From Octopus sinensis (taxonomy: Eukaryota), in NCBI RefSeq assembly GCF_006345805.1, contig NC_043017.1, forward strand, positions 12,958,001 through 13,022,000: a stretch of DNA of 64,000 nucleotides, read 5' to 3'. Position 1 is the first letter of the stretch, and every line of letters begins with the position of its first letter. Of the stretch, positions 24,154 to 36,700 are shown one piece after another. The notes under the pieces are model-generated. The model saw only the letters and a list, made by a program, of their open reading frames with translations, made no database searches and had not been told where the DNA came from. The position numbers and the translations under genes were made by a program.

Positions 24154-24789
24154 GTGGAGGCGCAATGAGTGACACAGAAAATTGTAATTATGAAAATGGG
24201 GATAAAAAAGGCTTGATACCTGCACTTCACTCTCCATCAGGCGATATACCTCTGGTGTTGTGAGATAAGCTATTTCTTGAAAAGAAGTCTTGTAATTGAA
24301 CAAAACAGTTTGTATCTGCAAGAGAATGATACAGATTAGATGGATTAACCCTTTACCTGTGTATCATCTGTGACACACAGGACATATTTCCTTAACGTCG
24401 TGGAGGCGCAATGGCCCAGTGGTTAGGGCAGCAGACTTGAGGTCATAGGATCGCGGTTTCGATTCCCAGACCGGGCGTTGTGAGTGTTTATTGAGCGAAA
24501 ACACCTAAAAGCTCCACGAGGCTCCGGCAGGGGATGGTGGTGATCCCTGCTGTACTCTTTCACCACAACTTTCTCTCACTCTTACTTCCTGTTTTCTGTT
24601 GTACCTGTATTTCAAAGGGGCCGGCCTTGTCACTCTCTGTGTCACGCTGAATATCCCCGAGAACTACGTTAAGGGTACACGTGTCTGTGGAGTGCTCAGC
24701 CACTTACACGTTAATTTCACGAGCAGGCTGTTCCGTTGATTCGGATCAACCGGAACCCTCGTCGTCGTAACCGACAGAGTGCTTCCATC
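24154..24789 (+). mobile_element. Composite insertion: SINE S2 (24400-24789) plus captured 5' flank carrying antisense CCDC180 exon G
   Basis: 13-bp TSD CACATCTTCATTT at 24141-24153 and 24790-24802; 24166-24399 is the reverse complement of 15279-15518. Confidence 0.9.
24220..24315 (-). pseudogene. Inverted duplicate (pseudo-exon) of CCDC180 exon G
   Basis: 93/96 identical to 15363-15458; AG and GT retained on the minus strand. Confidence 0.92.
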
Positions 24790-24811
24790 CACATCTTCAT
24801 TTTCTCTCTCA

Positions 24812-25220
24812 CTTTACTCTTTACTCTCTTTTACTTGTTTCAGTCATTTGACTGCGGCCATGCTGGAGCACCGCCTTTAGTCGACCAAATCGACCCCGGG
24901 ACTTATTCTTTGTAAGCCCAGTACTTATTCTATCGGTCTCTTTTTTGCCGAACCGCTAAGTGACGGGGACGTAAACACACCAGCATCGGTTGTCAAGCAA
25001 TGCTAGGGGGACAAACACACACACACACACACAAACACACATATATACATATATATACATATATACGACAGGCTTCTTTCAGTTTCCGTCTACCAAATCC
25101 ACTCACAAGGCATTGGTCGGCCCGGGGCTTTAGCAGAAGACACTTGCCCAAGATGCCACGCAGTGGGACTGAACCCAGAACCATGTGGTTGGTTAGCAAG
25201 CTACTTACCACACAGCCACT
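24812..25220 (-). mobile_element. SINE S1
   Basis: Same family. Confidence 0.9.
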
Positions 25221-25389
25221 CTCTGCTCACTTATAATAACACAATGTCTCGCTAATATTTTAACTCAATGATGATTTATTTTGAAAATATGTTTAAAATA
25301 TATTGTATCTGGTTTAACTTTTTTAACATTCAGAATACTCTGTCAAATGTTATGCTTATTTATTCATTTTGCTTTTAATTTATCATACA

Positions 25390-25984
25390 CTAGCAGTATT
25401 GCCTGGCGTTGCTCGGGTTTGTAAGGGAAATAACTATATAAGCATTTTTAGAGAGTTATAGCCAAAAAATAGCAAAAAAATGCATTAAAAATGGAAATAA
25501 AAAGTGTGACGTTCAGGAAGTTTGATTCAAGCCCTCAAACGATAGAATTTCCTCTGTGTTTCATCGGTTCACTTAACCATATATATAATACTAGCAGTAT
25601 CGCCCGGCGTTGCTCGGGTTTGTAAGGGAAATAACTATGTAAGCATTTTTAGAGAGTTATAGCCAAAAAATAGCAAAAAAATGCATTAAAAATGGAAAAA
25701 AAATGATGGTAAATTTTTTTTTTAATCGTTGACTTATCGTAGACATTTTTAGAGAGTTACTTCCCTTATATAATAGCGAAAAAATGCATTAAAATGGAAA
25801 AAATGATGGTAAATTTTTTTTTAAATCGTAGACTCATCGTAGACGCGCGCTAATACCCAGAAGGGCTTGATATGAATCACGACTATAAGATACCCAGTTT
25901 TGGTTAAATTGCACTGCAAAATGTGTGAGTAAGGAATCTAAATCGTAGGAGACAGACACACAACCTTACTTTTATATATAAAGA
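25390..25984 (-). mobile_element. Non-autonomous Helitron (25591-25984) plus an extra 3' fragment (25390-25500)
   Basis: Reverse complement of 44883-45266; two CTAG ends. Confidence 0.8.
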
Positions 25985-26304
25985 TTATATTTTAACTTTG
26001 GGATTTTAATGATGTGATTTTATTTTAGAATAACACTGTAGGGTAGGTGTGAGAGGTTTGGTCTGTCCAGTTTGAATGTAAAACAGGAATATTTGGACCA
26101 GATGTGGCCAGTTTGAATACTAAAGAGTTAAAGATTATAGTTTTAAGAAAAATCTCAACCCCTCTAAACATTTAAAGCGTCTCTCCATTGCACCACCTTG
26201 TGAGCTCTCAATACCATACCTGATGTAATTAGATGACAGGGTTTTTGAGACAAACCTAATTGTGTGATAATCCAGATATCAATTCAATGAAGAACACAAA
26301 GGAT

Positions 26305-26460
26305 AGGTGCAGATGTGACTGTGTGGTAAAAAGATTGCTTCCCAACCACATGGTTCTGGGTTCAGTCCCATTGCATAACACCTTGGGCATTTTTTATAGC
26401 ATCATGCTGACCAAAGCTTTGTGAGTGGATTTGGTAGATGGAAACTCAAAGAAGCCCATC

Positions 26461-26500
<40 letters not shown>

Positions 26501-26846
26501 CTGTGATTCCTCCATCACCATTTGACAACTGGTGTTGGTTTGTTTACATCCCCATAACTTAGCAGTTCAGCAAAAGAAGTTGATAAAACAAGTACCAGAC
26601 TTTAAAAAAAGTACTTGGGTTGATTCCTTCAAAGTAGTGGGGTTGATTCTTCGTAGCGGTACTCCAGCATGGCCACAGTCTATTGACTGAAACAAGTAAA
26701 AGGTTAAAGATAAATGAGCAACCACATGGTTCCAGGTTCAATCCCACTGCGTGGCATCTTGGGCAAGTGTCTTCTACTATAGCCCCGGGCCGACCAATGC
26801 CTTGTGAGTGGATTTAGTAGACGGAAACTGAAAGAAGCCTGTCGTA

Positions 26847-26891
<45 letters not shown>

Positions 26892-27104
26892 TTGTGTGTC
26901 TGTGTTTGTTCCCCTAGCATTGCTTGACAACCGATGCTGGTGTGTTTACGTCCCCGTCACTTAGCGGTTCGGCAAAAAGAGACCGATAGAATAAGTACTG
27001 GGCTTACAAAAAGAATAAGTCCCAGGATCGAGTTGCTCAAGTAAAGGCGGTGCTCCAGCATGGCCGCAGTCAAATGACTGAAACAAGTAAAAGGTTAAAG
27101 ATAA
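26305..27104 (+). mobile_element. Two tandem S1 SINEs (diverged 26305-26710; younger 26718-27104)
   Basis: Same family. Confidence 0.85.
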
Positions 27105-27192
27105 ATGAGCAATTCCAATACAATTTTGATTATTAATTACTACCAATTAATTTTGATTAGAGACTTTATTTCTCTTTTATTGCAATTTTCAG

Positions 27193-27281
27193 AAAAGGAG
27201 AAACGGGAATTCCTGATAAACATGAAAGCGGAATATGAAAAGTGTAACCTACTATGTTTAGAAAAAATGCAAGAAGAAGAG
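27193..27281 (+). CDS. CCDC180: CCDC180-like exon K (1-0)
   Basis: ttttcAG/GTATGT; KEKREFLINMKAEYEKCNLLCLEKMQEEE. Confidence 0.88.
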
Positions 27282-27330
27282 GTATGTGCGGCCTTTTTGT
27301 TCTTAATATTTTATTATATTTATATATTTA

Positions 27331-27618
27331 CTAGCAGTATCGCCCGGCGTTGCTCGGGTTTGTATAAGCATTTTTAGAGAGTTATTTCCCTTATATAATA
27401 GCAAAAAAATGCATTAAAAATGGAAAAAAATGATGGTAAATTATTTTTTAAATCATAGACTCATCGCAGACGCACGCTAATACCCAGAAGGGCTCGATAT
27501 GAATCACGACTATAAGATACCCGGTTTTGGTTAAACTGCACCGCAAAATGTGGGAGTAGTTAGGAATCAAAATCGTAGGAGACAGACACTCACGCAACCT
27601 CACTTTTATATATAAAGA
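27331..27618 (-). mobile_element. Non-autonomous Helitron, internally deleted, just after exon K
   Basis: Same termini. Confidence 0.8.
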
Positions 27619-28248
27619 TATACATAAAAAGCACCATCCGTACATGGCCGTTGCCAGCGCCACCTCGACTGGCTTCTGTGCCGGTGACACATAAAAAGCA
27701 CCATCCGAACGTGGCCGTTGCCAGCGCCACCTCGACTGGCTTCTGTGCCGGTGGCACATAAAAAGCACCATCCGAACGTGGCCGTTGCCAGCGCTGCCCC
27801 GACTGGCTTCTGTGCCGGTGGCACATAAAAAGCACCATCTGAACGTGGCCGTTGCCAGCGCTGCCCCGACTGGCTTCTGTGCCAGTGGCACATAAAAAGC
27901 ACCATCCGAACGTGGCCATTGCCAGCGCCGCCCCGACTGGCTTCTGTGCCGGTGGCACATAAAAAGCACCATCCGAACGTGGCCATTGCCAGCGCCGCCC
28001 CGACTGGCTTCTGTGCCGGTGGCACATAAAAAGCACCATCCGAACGTGGCCGTTGCCAGCGCTGCCTTGGCTGGCTTCCGTGCCAGTGGCACGTAAAAAG
28101 CACCCACTACACTCGCGGAGTGGTTGGCGTTAGGAAGGGCATCCAGCTGTAGAAACTCTGCCAGATCAGACTGGCTTCCCAGACCCCGGTCGAACCGTCC
28201 AACCCGTGCTAGCGTGGAAAACGGACGTTAAACGATGATGATGATGAT
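27619..28248 (+). mobile_element. RTE 3' UTR copy with about 7 tandem 67-bp units and (GAT)n tail
   Basis: Same unit family and terminal GAGTGGTTGGCGTTAGGAAGGGCATCCAGC motif. Confidence 0.9.
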
Positions 28249-28481
28249 GATTTTAGACATGGAAGCAGACGTGGCTACGGGTCCAGGCATGGCTGTGTGG
28301 TAAGAAGCTTGCTTCCCAACCACATGGTTCCAGGTTAAGTCCAACTACATGGCACCTTGGGCAGGTGTCTTCTACTATAGCCTTGGGCCAACCAAAGCCT
28401 CATGCAATGGAAACTGAAAGAAGCCTATCATATATATCACCATCATTTAATGTCCATCTTCCATGCTGGCCTCAGTTGGAC

Positions 28482-28513
<32 letters not shown>

Positions 28514-28594
28514 CATATATATACACACATATATATATATATATACACACACATACATATATACACACACACTCACACACATACACACACACAT

Positions 28595-28635
<41 letters not shown>

Positions 28636-28711
28636 CATATATATACATATATCTTTAGTAGAAATACGTAAGTCCAGGAGAGTAGCGCACTCTAAGATGT
28701 AGAGCTGTTAA

Positions 28712-29080
28712 TATTATAAAGGGGGCCAGTTTATGGGGTTACCCTGGGTTTCTCGCTCATAAGGGGTTTAGCCTTATGGCATATCTTCAGACCCCAAACA
28801 CTGCTGGCCTTAGAACTCTTCAAAATAAGGTTGGAGAAATGCCTCTTTATAAAAAAACTTACATACACACACACACACACGCACACACACGCAAGAGAAC
28901 AAAAAGCACCCATGCTGGTGTCATGCAAAAGCGTACCAACTTCTCATAGAGAGGCATTTCCCCCTCCGTATTTTGAAGAGGTCTTAGACCAGCAATATTT
29001 GAGGCATGAAGGTACGCCACAAGACAAACCCCTTATGAACATGAAACCTAGAGTAACCCCATAAACCAGCCCCCTTTATA

Positions 29081-29083
<3 letters not shown>
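28712..29083. mobile_element. MITE-like element with about 60-bp imperfect TIRs
   Basis: TATTATAAAGGGGG..GTTTATGGGGTTAC / GTAACCCCATAAAC..CCCCCTTTATAATA. Confidence 0.7.
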
Positions 29084-29164
<81 letters not shown>

Positions 29165-29179
<15 letters not shown>

Positions 29180-29548
29180 TGAAGTTGTGTGTCTGTCTCC
29201 TACGATTTAGATTCCTAACTACTCCCACATTTTGCGGTACAGTTTAACCAAAAGCGGGTATCTTATAGTCGTGATTCATATCAAGCCTTCTGGGTTTTAG
29301 CGCGCGTCTACGATGAGTCTACGATTTTAAAAATAATTTACCATCATTTTTTTCCATTTTAATGCAGTTTTTCGCTATTATATAAGGGAAGTAACTCTCT
29401 AAAAATGTCTACGATTTAAAAAAAAATTTACCATAATTTTTTTTCCATTTTTAATGCATTTTTTTGCTGTTTTTTGGCTATAACTCTCTAAAAATGCTTT
29501 ATAGTTATTTCCCTTACAAACCCGAGCAATGCCGAGCAATACTGCTAG
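29165..29548 (+). mobile_element. Non-autonomous Helitron (same family)
   Basis: Near-identical to 44883-45266. Confidence 0.85.
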
Positions 29549-30540
29549 TATGTATATATATTGTGAAATTTGATTTAGAATTGCTAAATTGAATTTTTCC
29601 CTGTAAGTTTTGGAATTATAATATTCCCTAACAATGATGATTATGTATAATGACTGTAACAAGTAAAAGATATATTTGCATTTCTATAGTCGAAATATGG
29701 CTGTGTAGTTAAGAGGTTTGCTTCCAAACCACATGGTTTCAGGTTCAATCTCACTGCATGGCAATATGAGTGAGTGTCTTTTATTGTAGTCCCAAGCCAA
29801 CCAAAGCCTTGTGAGAATGGAACGCCAGTCCAATGCAGGATTACTCCATTTACAGCTGGGTGGATTGGAGCTATGTGAAGTGAAGCATTTTGATAAAGAA
29901 CACAACATACTGCTAGTCTGGGAATTGAAACCATGGTTTTGTAATTGGGGGTGTAACACCCTAACCTCTAGGCCACATGTCTTTGCATGTATATATTTAA
30001 CTGTAAAGGGCGGCAAAATGCTTAGTGGTATTTCGTCTGTCGTTACGTTCTGAGTTCAAATTCCACCGAGGTCGACTTTGCCTTTCATCCTTTCGAGGTT
30101 GATAAATAAAGTACCAGTTTCACACTGGGGTCGAAGTAATCGACTTAATCCCTTTGTCTGTCCTTGTTTGTCCCCTCTATGTTTAGCCCCTTGTGAACAA
30201 TAAAGAAGTATATATTTAACTGTAAATATGTGTATATATTTGAATGTGAATGTGTATGCATACGTATGTCTGTGTGTGTGTCATCATCATCACCACCATT
30301 ATCACTTAATGCCTGTTTTCCATGCTGGCATGGGTTAGATGGTTTGACAGAAGCTGTCAAGGTTTCTATAGCTGGAGGCTCTTCCTGATGCCAACCACTA
30401 TACAGAGTGCACTGGGTGCTTTTCACATGGTGCTGGCATGGGTGCTCTTTTACATGACTCCAATACAGGTGCTTTTTGTTTTCTTGTGTGTGTGTGTGTT
30501 TTATACATCATTTCCCCAGTTTCCATATTTTCTCCCACAG

Positions 30541-30663
30541 GAGGCACTGGTTGAAACTTATGCTTGCACAGAAGAAAAGGCATCGGAATTATCTACTAGA
30601 TACATGTTACCACTTATCCAACTTCAACAGAAGAATTTTGAATGTTCTCTGTCCACTTGGGAT
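30541..30663 (+). CDS. CCDC180: CCDC180-like exon L (0-0)
   Basis: cccacAG/GTAAGT; EALVETYACTEEKASELSTRYMLPLIQLQQKNFECSLSTWD. Confidence 0.88.
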
Positions 30664-31273
30664 GTAAGTTCTTTTATTGCCTCTTTCACATTTTCACCAA
30701 ACACATCACAGGGTCAAATGTGTTTGACCCTAATCCTAACCCTAACCCTGACCTTCTAACAGATAGACACTACTAGTATCTTTCATCCTACGTGTGCATA
30801 TGTATGTATGTATGCATATGTGTGTGTACGTGTATATATTAATTGCTAGCTGTGGCACAGTATTTCATTTTGCAACCATAACATACTGCCGAGTATTTTA
30901 AAGGTTTACAAGTCAATAATGTCATTTTCAGCTCTATATTTTATGTCAAACCAGTAAAAAGCAGAAAAGGACTACGTGGTTAAGAAGCCTGTGGTTTCAG
31001 GTTCAATCCTGAAACATATATACATGGAAGTCTTTCATGTATGTGTGTGTGTGTGTTTATTTTGTCTTTCACCACTGCTCAACAACTGATGTTGGTTTGT
31101 TTACATCCCTGTAACTTACCAGTTTGGTAAAGGAGACAAATAGAATAAGTACCAGACTTTAAAAAAAAAAGTACCAGAGTTGCTTTTTTTTCAACTAAAA
31201 CTTCTCAGAGCAGTGCTCCAGCATGGCCACTGTCAAATGACTGAAACAAGTAAAATGATAAAGACAAAAAAAA

Positions 31274-31730
31274 CATGGTTCCGGGTTCAGTCCCACTACA
31301 TGGCACCTTGGGCAAGTGTCTTCTACTATAGCCCAGGGCTGACCAAAGCCTTGTGAGTGGATTTGGTAGACGGAAAATGAAAGAAGCCCGTCGTATATAT
31401 ATATATATGTGTGTGTGTGTGTTGTGTGTGTGTGTATATGTTTGTGTGTGTGTGTATGTGTGTGTGTGTATATGTTTGTGTATTTGTATATATGTTTGTG
31501 TGTGTGTGTGTGTGTGTATATATGTTTATGTGTCTGTGTTTGTCCCCCCACCAACATCGCTTGACAACCGATGCTGGTGTGTTTACTTCCCCGTAACTTA
31601 GTGGTTCAGCAAAAGAGACCGATAGAATAAGTACTAGGCTTACAAATAATAAGTCCTGGGGTTGATTTGCTCGACTAAAGGCGGTGCTCCAGCATGGCCC
31701 ACAGTCAAATGACTGAAACAAGTGAAAGAG
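31274..31730 (+). mobile_element. SINE S1 ending just upstream of exon M
   Basis: Same family. Confidence 0.85.
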
Positions 31731-31765
31731 TAAAACCTCATTGTAGCATACCTCATTTATTTCAG

Positions 31766-31939
31766 GATGATATTACTAAAGAAGTGATGTGCACCTCTAA
31801 GAAGGTCGACAAAGTATATGCCTACATCTCTGCCATTGCGGACATATGGCTAAACCATACACAGGAACTGGACGTTCAAGAACAAAAGCTGAATCAGATG
31901 TTAACGGATAACAGAGAAAGACACAATATTGATACCCTG
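31766..31939 (+). CDS. CCDC180: CCDC180-like exon M (0-0)
   Basis: atttcAG/GTAAGT; DDITKEVMCTSKKVDKVYAYISAIADIWLNHTQELDVQEQKLNQMLTDNRERHNIDTL. Confidence 0.9.
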
Positions 31940-31944
31940 GTAAG

Positions 31945-32905
31945 TTCATCATCAACATTGTCAGCATCCTCACCATCATCATCATTGTCATCATCCTCAT
32001 CATAATCATCATCATCATCATCATCCTCCTCATCATCATCGTCATTTCCATTGTTGTTGTCATCCTCATTATCATCCTCATCATCGTCTTCATCATTGTT
32101 CTCTTTGTCAGCATCCTCACCATCATCATCATTGTCATCATACTCATCATAATCATCATTATCATCATCCTCATCTTCGTCATCATTTCCGTTGTTGTTG
32201 TCATCTTCATCGTCATTGTCATCCTCATCATCATCATCATCTTCATCATTGTTCTCTTTGTCAGCATCATTGTCAGCATCCTCGCCATCATCATCATTGT
32301 CATCATACTCATCATCATCATCATCTTCACCATCGTCGTCATTTCTGTTGTTGTTGTCATCTTCATTGTCATTGTCCTCATTGTCATCCTCATCGTCATC
32401 TTCATCATTGTTCTCTTTGTCAGCATCCTCACCATCATCATCATTGTCATCATAATCATCATTGTCATCATCCTCATCATCATCATCATTTCCGTTGTTG
32501 TCATCTTCATCATCATTGTCATCCTCATCATCATCATCCTCGTCGTCTTCATCATTGTTCTTTGTCAGCATCCTCACCATCATCATCATTATCATCATCC
32601 TCATAATCGTCATCATTTCTGTTGCTGTTGTCATCTTCATTGTCATTGTCCTCATTGTCATCTTCATTGTCATTGTCCTCATTGTCATCCTCATCGTCGT
32701 CTTCATCATTGTTCTCTTTGTCAGCATCCTCGCCATCATTATCATTGTCATCATAATCATCATTATTATCATCCTCATCACCGTCATCATTTCCGTTGCT
32801 GTTGTCATCTTCATCGTCATTGTCATCCTCATTATCATCCTCATCGTCATCTTCATCATTATTCTCTTTGTCAGCATCCTCGTCCTCACCATCATAGTCA
32901 TTGTC
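31945..32905. repeat. Cryptic (CAT)n array with a higher-order period of about 150 bp
   Basis: Marker CTTTGTCAGCATC near 32101, 32254, 32413, 32560, 32714 and 32864. Confidence 0.9.
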
Positions 32906-32968
32906 ACCTGCACATTACCAGTAATTTGATAACAGTAATTATCAACCATCTTCCATTGTCTTTGAAAG

Positions 32969-33084
32969 GCTGAAGAAGCAAGGCTGGACACTGTCCTTGA
33001 TGCCCTCCGACAAGGAGCCGATGCAACAGTGCTTGAAAACAACCTCGCTTCTGCCATCGCTACACTCAATCGACTGAAGGCCAG
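32969..33084 (+). CDS. CCDC180: CCDC180-like exon N (0-2)
   Basis: tgaaAG/GTAAGG; AEEARLDTVLDALRQGADATVLENNL vs recalled human [21 protein letters not shown]. Confidence 0.9.
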
Positions 33085-33427
33085 GTAAGGTAGAGAAGTA
33101 CCCCACCATTTCCATTACTTGATGGTGGCGATAGCAGTAGAGGGAAAGGTGATGACAATGAGAGTGATGGTGAATATGATGTTGGTAATGATGATTGTGA
33201 TGGTGGAGAGAGAGGAGTGATAAGGATGATTATCATGGCAGAATTGAGCTTGATGAAGATGGAGATGGTGGGAAGGATAGTGATAGTAGCTGTGGTCATT
33301 ACAGAGAGGACAAAGTTTTGATGAGGGTGATGATGGTGGTAGTGATGCTGATGATGATTATCATCATAGAGTATAGTAGTAGCAGTAGCAGTGGTATTTG
33401 ATAATGCTAGTCATTTTGTTTGATGTG

Positions 33428-33432
33428 TTATA

Positions 33433-33467
<35 letters not shown>

Positions 33468-33713
33468 AATAATGATAATAATAATAATGATGATGATGAT
33501 AATAATGATAATAATGATTATAATAATGATAATAATAATGATGATGATAATAATAATGATAATAATAATGATAATAATGATATGATAATAATAATGATAA
33601 TAATAAAATGATGATGATGATAATAATAATAATGTATGTATAATAATGATAATAATAATAATGATGATGATGATAATAATGATATATAATAATAATGATA
33701 ATAATAATGATGA
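33428..33713. repeat. (AAT/GAT)n microsatellite, left flank of the RTE
   Basis: Direct reading. Confidence 0.95.
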
Positions 33714-36700
33714 TCATCATCATCATCATCATCATCATCGTTTAACGTCCGCTTTCCATGCTAGCATGGGTTGGACGGTTCAACTGGGGTCTGGGAAGCC
33801 CGAAGGCTGCACCAGGCCAGTCAGATGTGGCAGTGTTTCTACCAGCTGGATGCCCTTCCTAACGCCAACCACTCCGAGAGTGTAGTGGGTGATTTTATGT
33901 GCCCACGACACAGGTGCCAGACGAGGCTGGCAGACGGCCACGCTCGGATGGTGTTTTTTTTATGTGCCACCGACACAGGTGCCAGACGAGGCTGGCAGAC
34001 GGCCACGCTCGGATGGTGTTTTTTATGTGCCACCGACACAGGTGCCAGACGAGGCTGGCAGACGGGCCAGCTCGGATGGTGTTTTCTTATGTGTCACCGA
34101 CACAGGTGCTAGACGAGGCTGGTGGACGGCCACGCTCGGATGGTGTTTGTTACGTGCCCTCAGCACGGAGGCCAGTCATTGCGGTACTGGCTACGGTCAC
34201 GTTCGGATGGTTTTCTTATGTGCCACCGGCACTGGTACCACAGGATACAAATTCCATTGATGTTCATCTATTTTGATTTGGTTCGATTTGATTTGATACG
34301 ATTCGATTCGATTCTCACTTGCCTCAACAGGTCTTCACAAGTGTCACAAGAAGGAAGGTATGCACAGGTGGACTGACTACGTCCCAGGTAGGGGCCACGG
34401 ATTATGGCTTCACTAGTCTTGCGGGTCTTCTCACGCACAGCATACTTCCATAGGTCTCGGTCTCTAGTCATTTCCATGGTGAGACCTAACGTCCGAAGGT
34501 CGTGCTTCACCACCTCGTCCCAGGTTTTCCTGGGTCTACCTCTTCCACGGGTTCCCTCAACTGCTAGGGATTGGCACTTTCTCACACACCTCTCTTCATC
34601 CATTCTCGCCACATGACCATACCAGCGCAATCGTCTCTCTTGCACACAACAACTGATGCTTCTTAGGTACAACATTTCTCTCAAGGTACTAACGCTCTGT
34701 CGAGTAAGTACACTGACATTACACATCCATCGGAGCATACTGGCTTCGTTCCTCACGAGCTTACGCATGTCCTCAGCAGTCACGGCCCATGTTTCACTGC
34801 CATGTAGCATAGCTGTTCGTACACATGCATCATACAGTCTGCCTTTTACTCTGAGCGAGAGGCCTTTAGTCACCAGCAGAGGTAAGAGCTCCCTAAACTT
34901 TGCCCAGGCTATTCTTATTCTAGCAGTTACACTTTCAGCGCACCCACCCCCACTACTGACTTGGTCACCTAGATAGCGGAAACTATCAACTACTTCTAGT
35001 TTTTCCCCCCGGAAAGTGACAGAAGTTGTTTTCTGCAGATTTTCGGAGGTCAGTGCTCCAGAGCACCTGCCACATACAAAAACTATCTTCCCAGTTAGCC
35101 TACCTTTGACATTGCTGCACCTCTTATGTGTCCATAGCTTACACTGGGTACATCTTATAGAGTTTCTACCTACACCTTTTCTACAGATCGAACAGGGCCA
35201 TCTTCCTGATGATATTTGTGGGTTTTCTACCTTTCTACTTATTAGTACTTTGGTTTTAGCTAGGTTGACTCTAAGGCCCCTCGATTCTAAACCCTCCTTC
35301 CACACCTGGAACTTCTCCTCCAGTTCTGATAGTGACTCAGCGATTAGAGCGAGGTCGTCAGCATAGAGGAGCTCCCAGGGGCAACCGGACTTGAATTCCT
35401 CCGTTTTGCCTGGAGGACTATGATAAATAGGAGGGGGCTGAGTACTGAACCCTGGTGGACCCCAACCTCTACTTTGAATTCTTCTGTGTACATGTTGCCA
35501 ACTCTAACCTTACTTACGGCATCTCTGTACATGGCTTGCACAGCCCTCACCAGCCATTCATCTATCCCTAGTTTCCTCATTGACCACCAGATGAGGGATC
35601 GGGGGACCCTATCAAAGGCTTTCTCCATGTCAACAAAAGCCAGGTACAGGGGCTTATCCTTGGCTAGGTATTCTCCTGCAGCTGCCTTACCAGGAATATA
35701 GCATCAGTGGTGCTTTTCCCTGGGACAAACCCAAACTGCATCTCATCTAAACTAACTCTCTCTCTAATTAGTTGGGCTAAGACCCTCTCCGTAACCTTCA
35801 TTACCTGATCCAACAGCTTGATACCTCTGTAATTATTTGTATCCAGGGCATCACCTTTACCTTTGTAGCAGTTGACTAGTATGCTGCTACACCAGTCATT
35901 GGGTATGACTCCTTCGTGTATCACCTGGTTGACTATACGGGTGACTAGGTTATAGCCGACACTGCCAGATATTTTGAGCATCTCTGCAGTAATTCCTGAT
36001 GGGCCTGGGGCTTTCCCTGTCTTCATGCTCCTAACTGCCTTAGCTACTACGGAACTATCAACTCGGATAGCTGGTCCCTCTGTTGGGTCAACATTTGGCA
36101 GACTCTCTTTATCCCATTCATTTTCTTTATTCAGCAAACTTTCATAGTGGCATCTCCAAACCTCTCTCTTTGCATCCTCATTTAGCGCAAGTGAACCATC
36201 ATCCATGCGAACACACTTCTCTCCTACCACATCACGATTCTCTCTCACACACTGTCTTGCAACACGAAATACCTCAAGTCTTTCATCCTCACGGCTCAGA
36301 ACATTGGCAAATTTTTTCTTATCCGCTTCCCCTCTGGCTATATAAACTTGTCTCCTAGCTTCCCTTTTGGCTGTCTGATACAATTCCCTGCTACCACCGT
36401 TCTTCCAGTCCCTCCAAGCCTGTCTCTTTTGTCTAATAGCCCCGTCAACCACCGTGTTCCACCACCATGTTACTCTGGGTCGAGATGGTACTTTGCTCCA
36501 TCCACAGATCTGGTCAGTGGCTGTCAGCAGATTGTCCCGTAGGAATCTCCAGTTGTCTTCCACATTAAGTGAAGCTATATCCCCTTCTATTTCGTCAGAG
36601 GCTTCGAGTAGTATGTCTCTAAATCTCTGTGCATTTGCAGGATCTTTAAGCTTCCAGACCCTTCTCCTCCAAGCTGGTCTTCTTCTGGGCGACCATTTAG

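Noticed and set aside
24220-24315. Exon-G copy as an alternative CCDC180 exon
   Set aside because: It is antisense to the gene, so it cannot be spliced into the mRNA.
24400-24475. tRNA genes at SINE heads (also 7549, 23401, 56047)
   Set aside because: A/B boxes are present, but each continues into SINE body and tail sequence with many dispersed copies.
28712-29083. Hammerhead-like CTTATGA-n4-GAAAC...GTA in both TIRs
   Set aside because: G5 is missing, there is no stem II, and the flanks cannot form stem I.
30728-30753. Interstitial telomere-like CCCTAA repeats
   Set aside because: Only two or three degenerate units.
31894-33069. 391-aa Asp/Glu-rich minus-strand ORF as a real gene
   Set aside because: It is built from a trinucleotide satellite, overlaps two CCDC180 exons antisense, and changes character at a frameshift.
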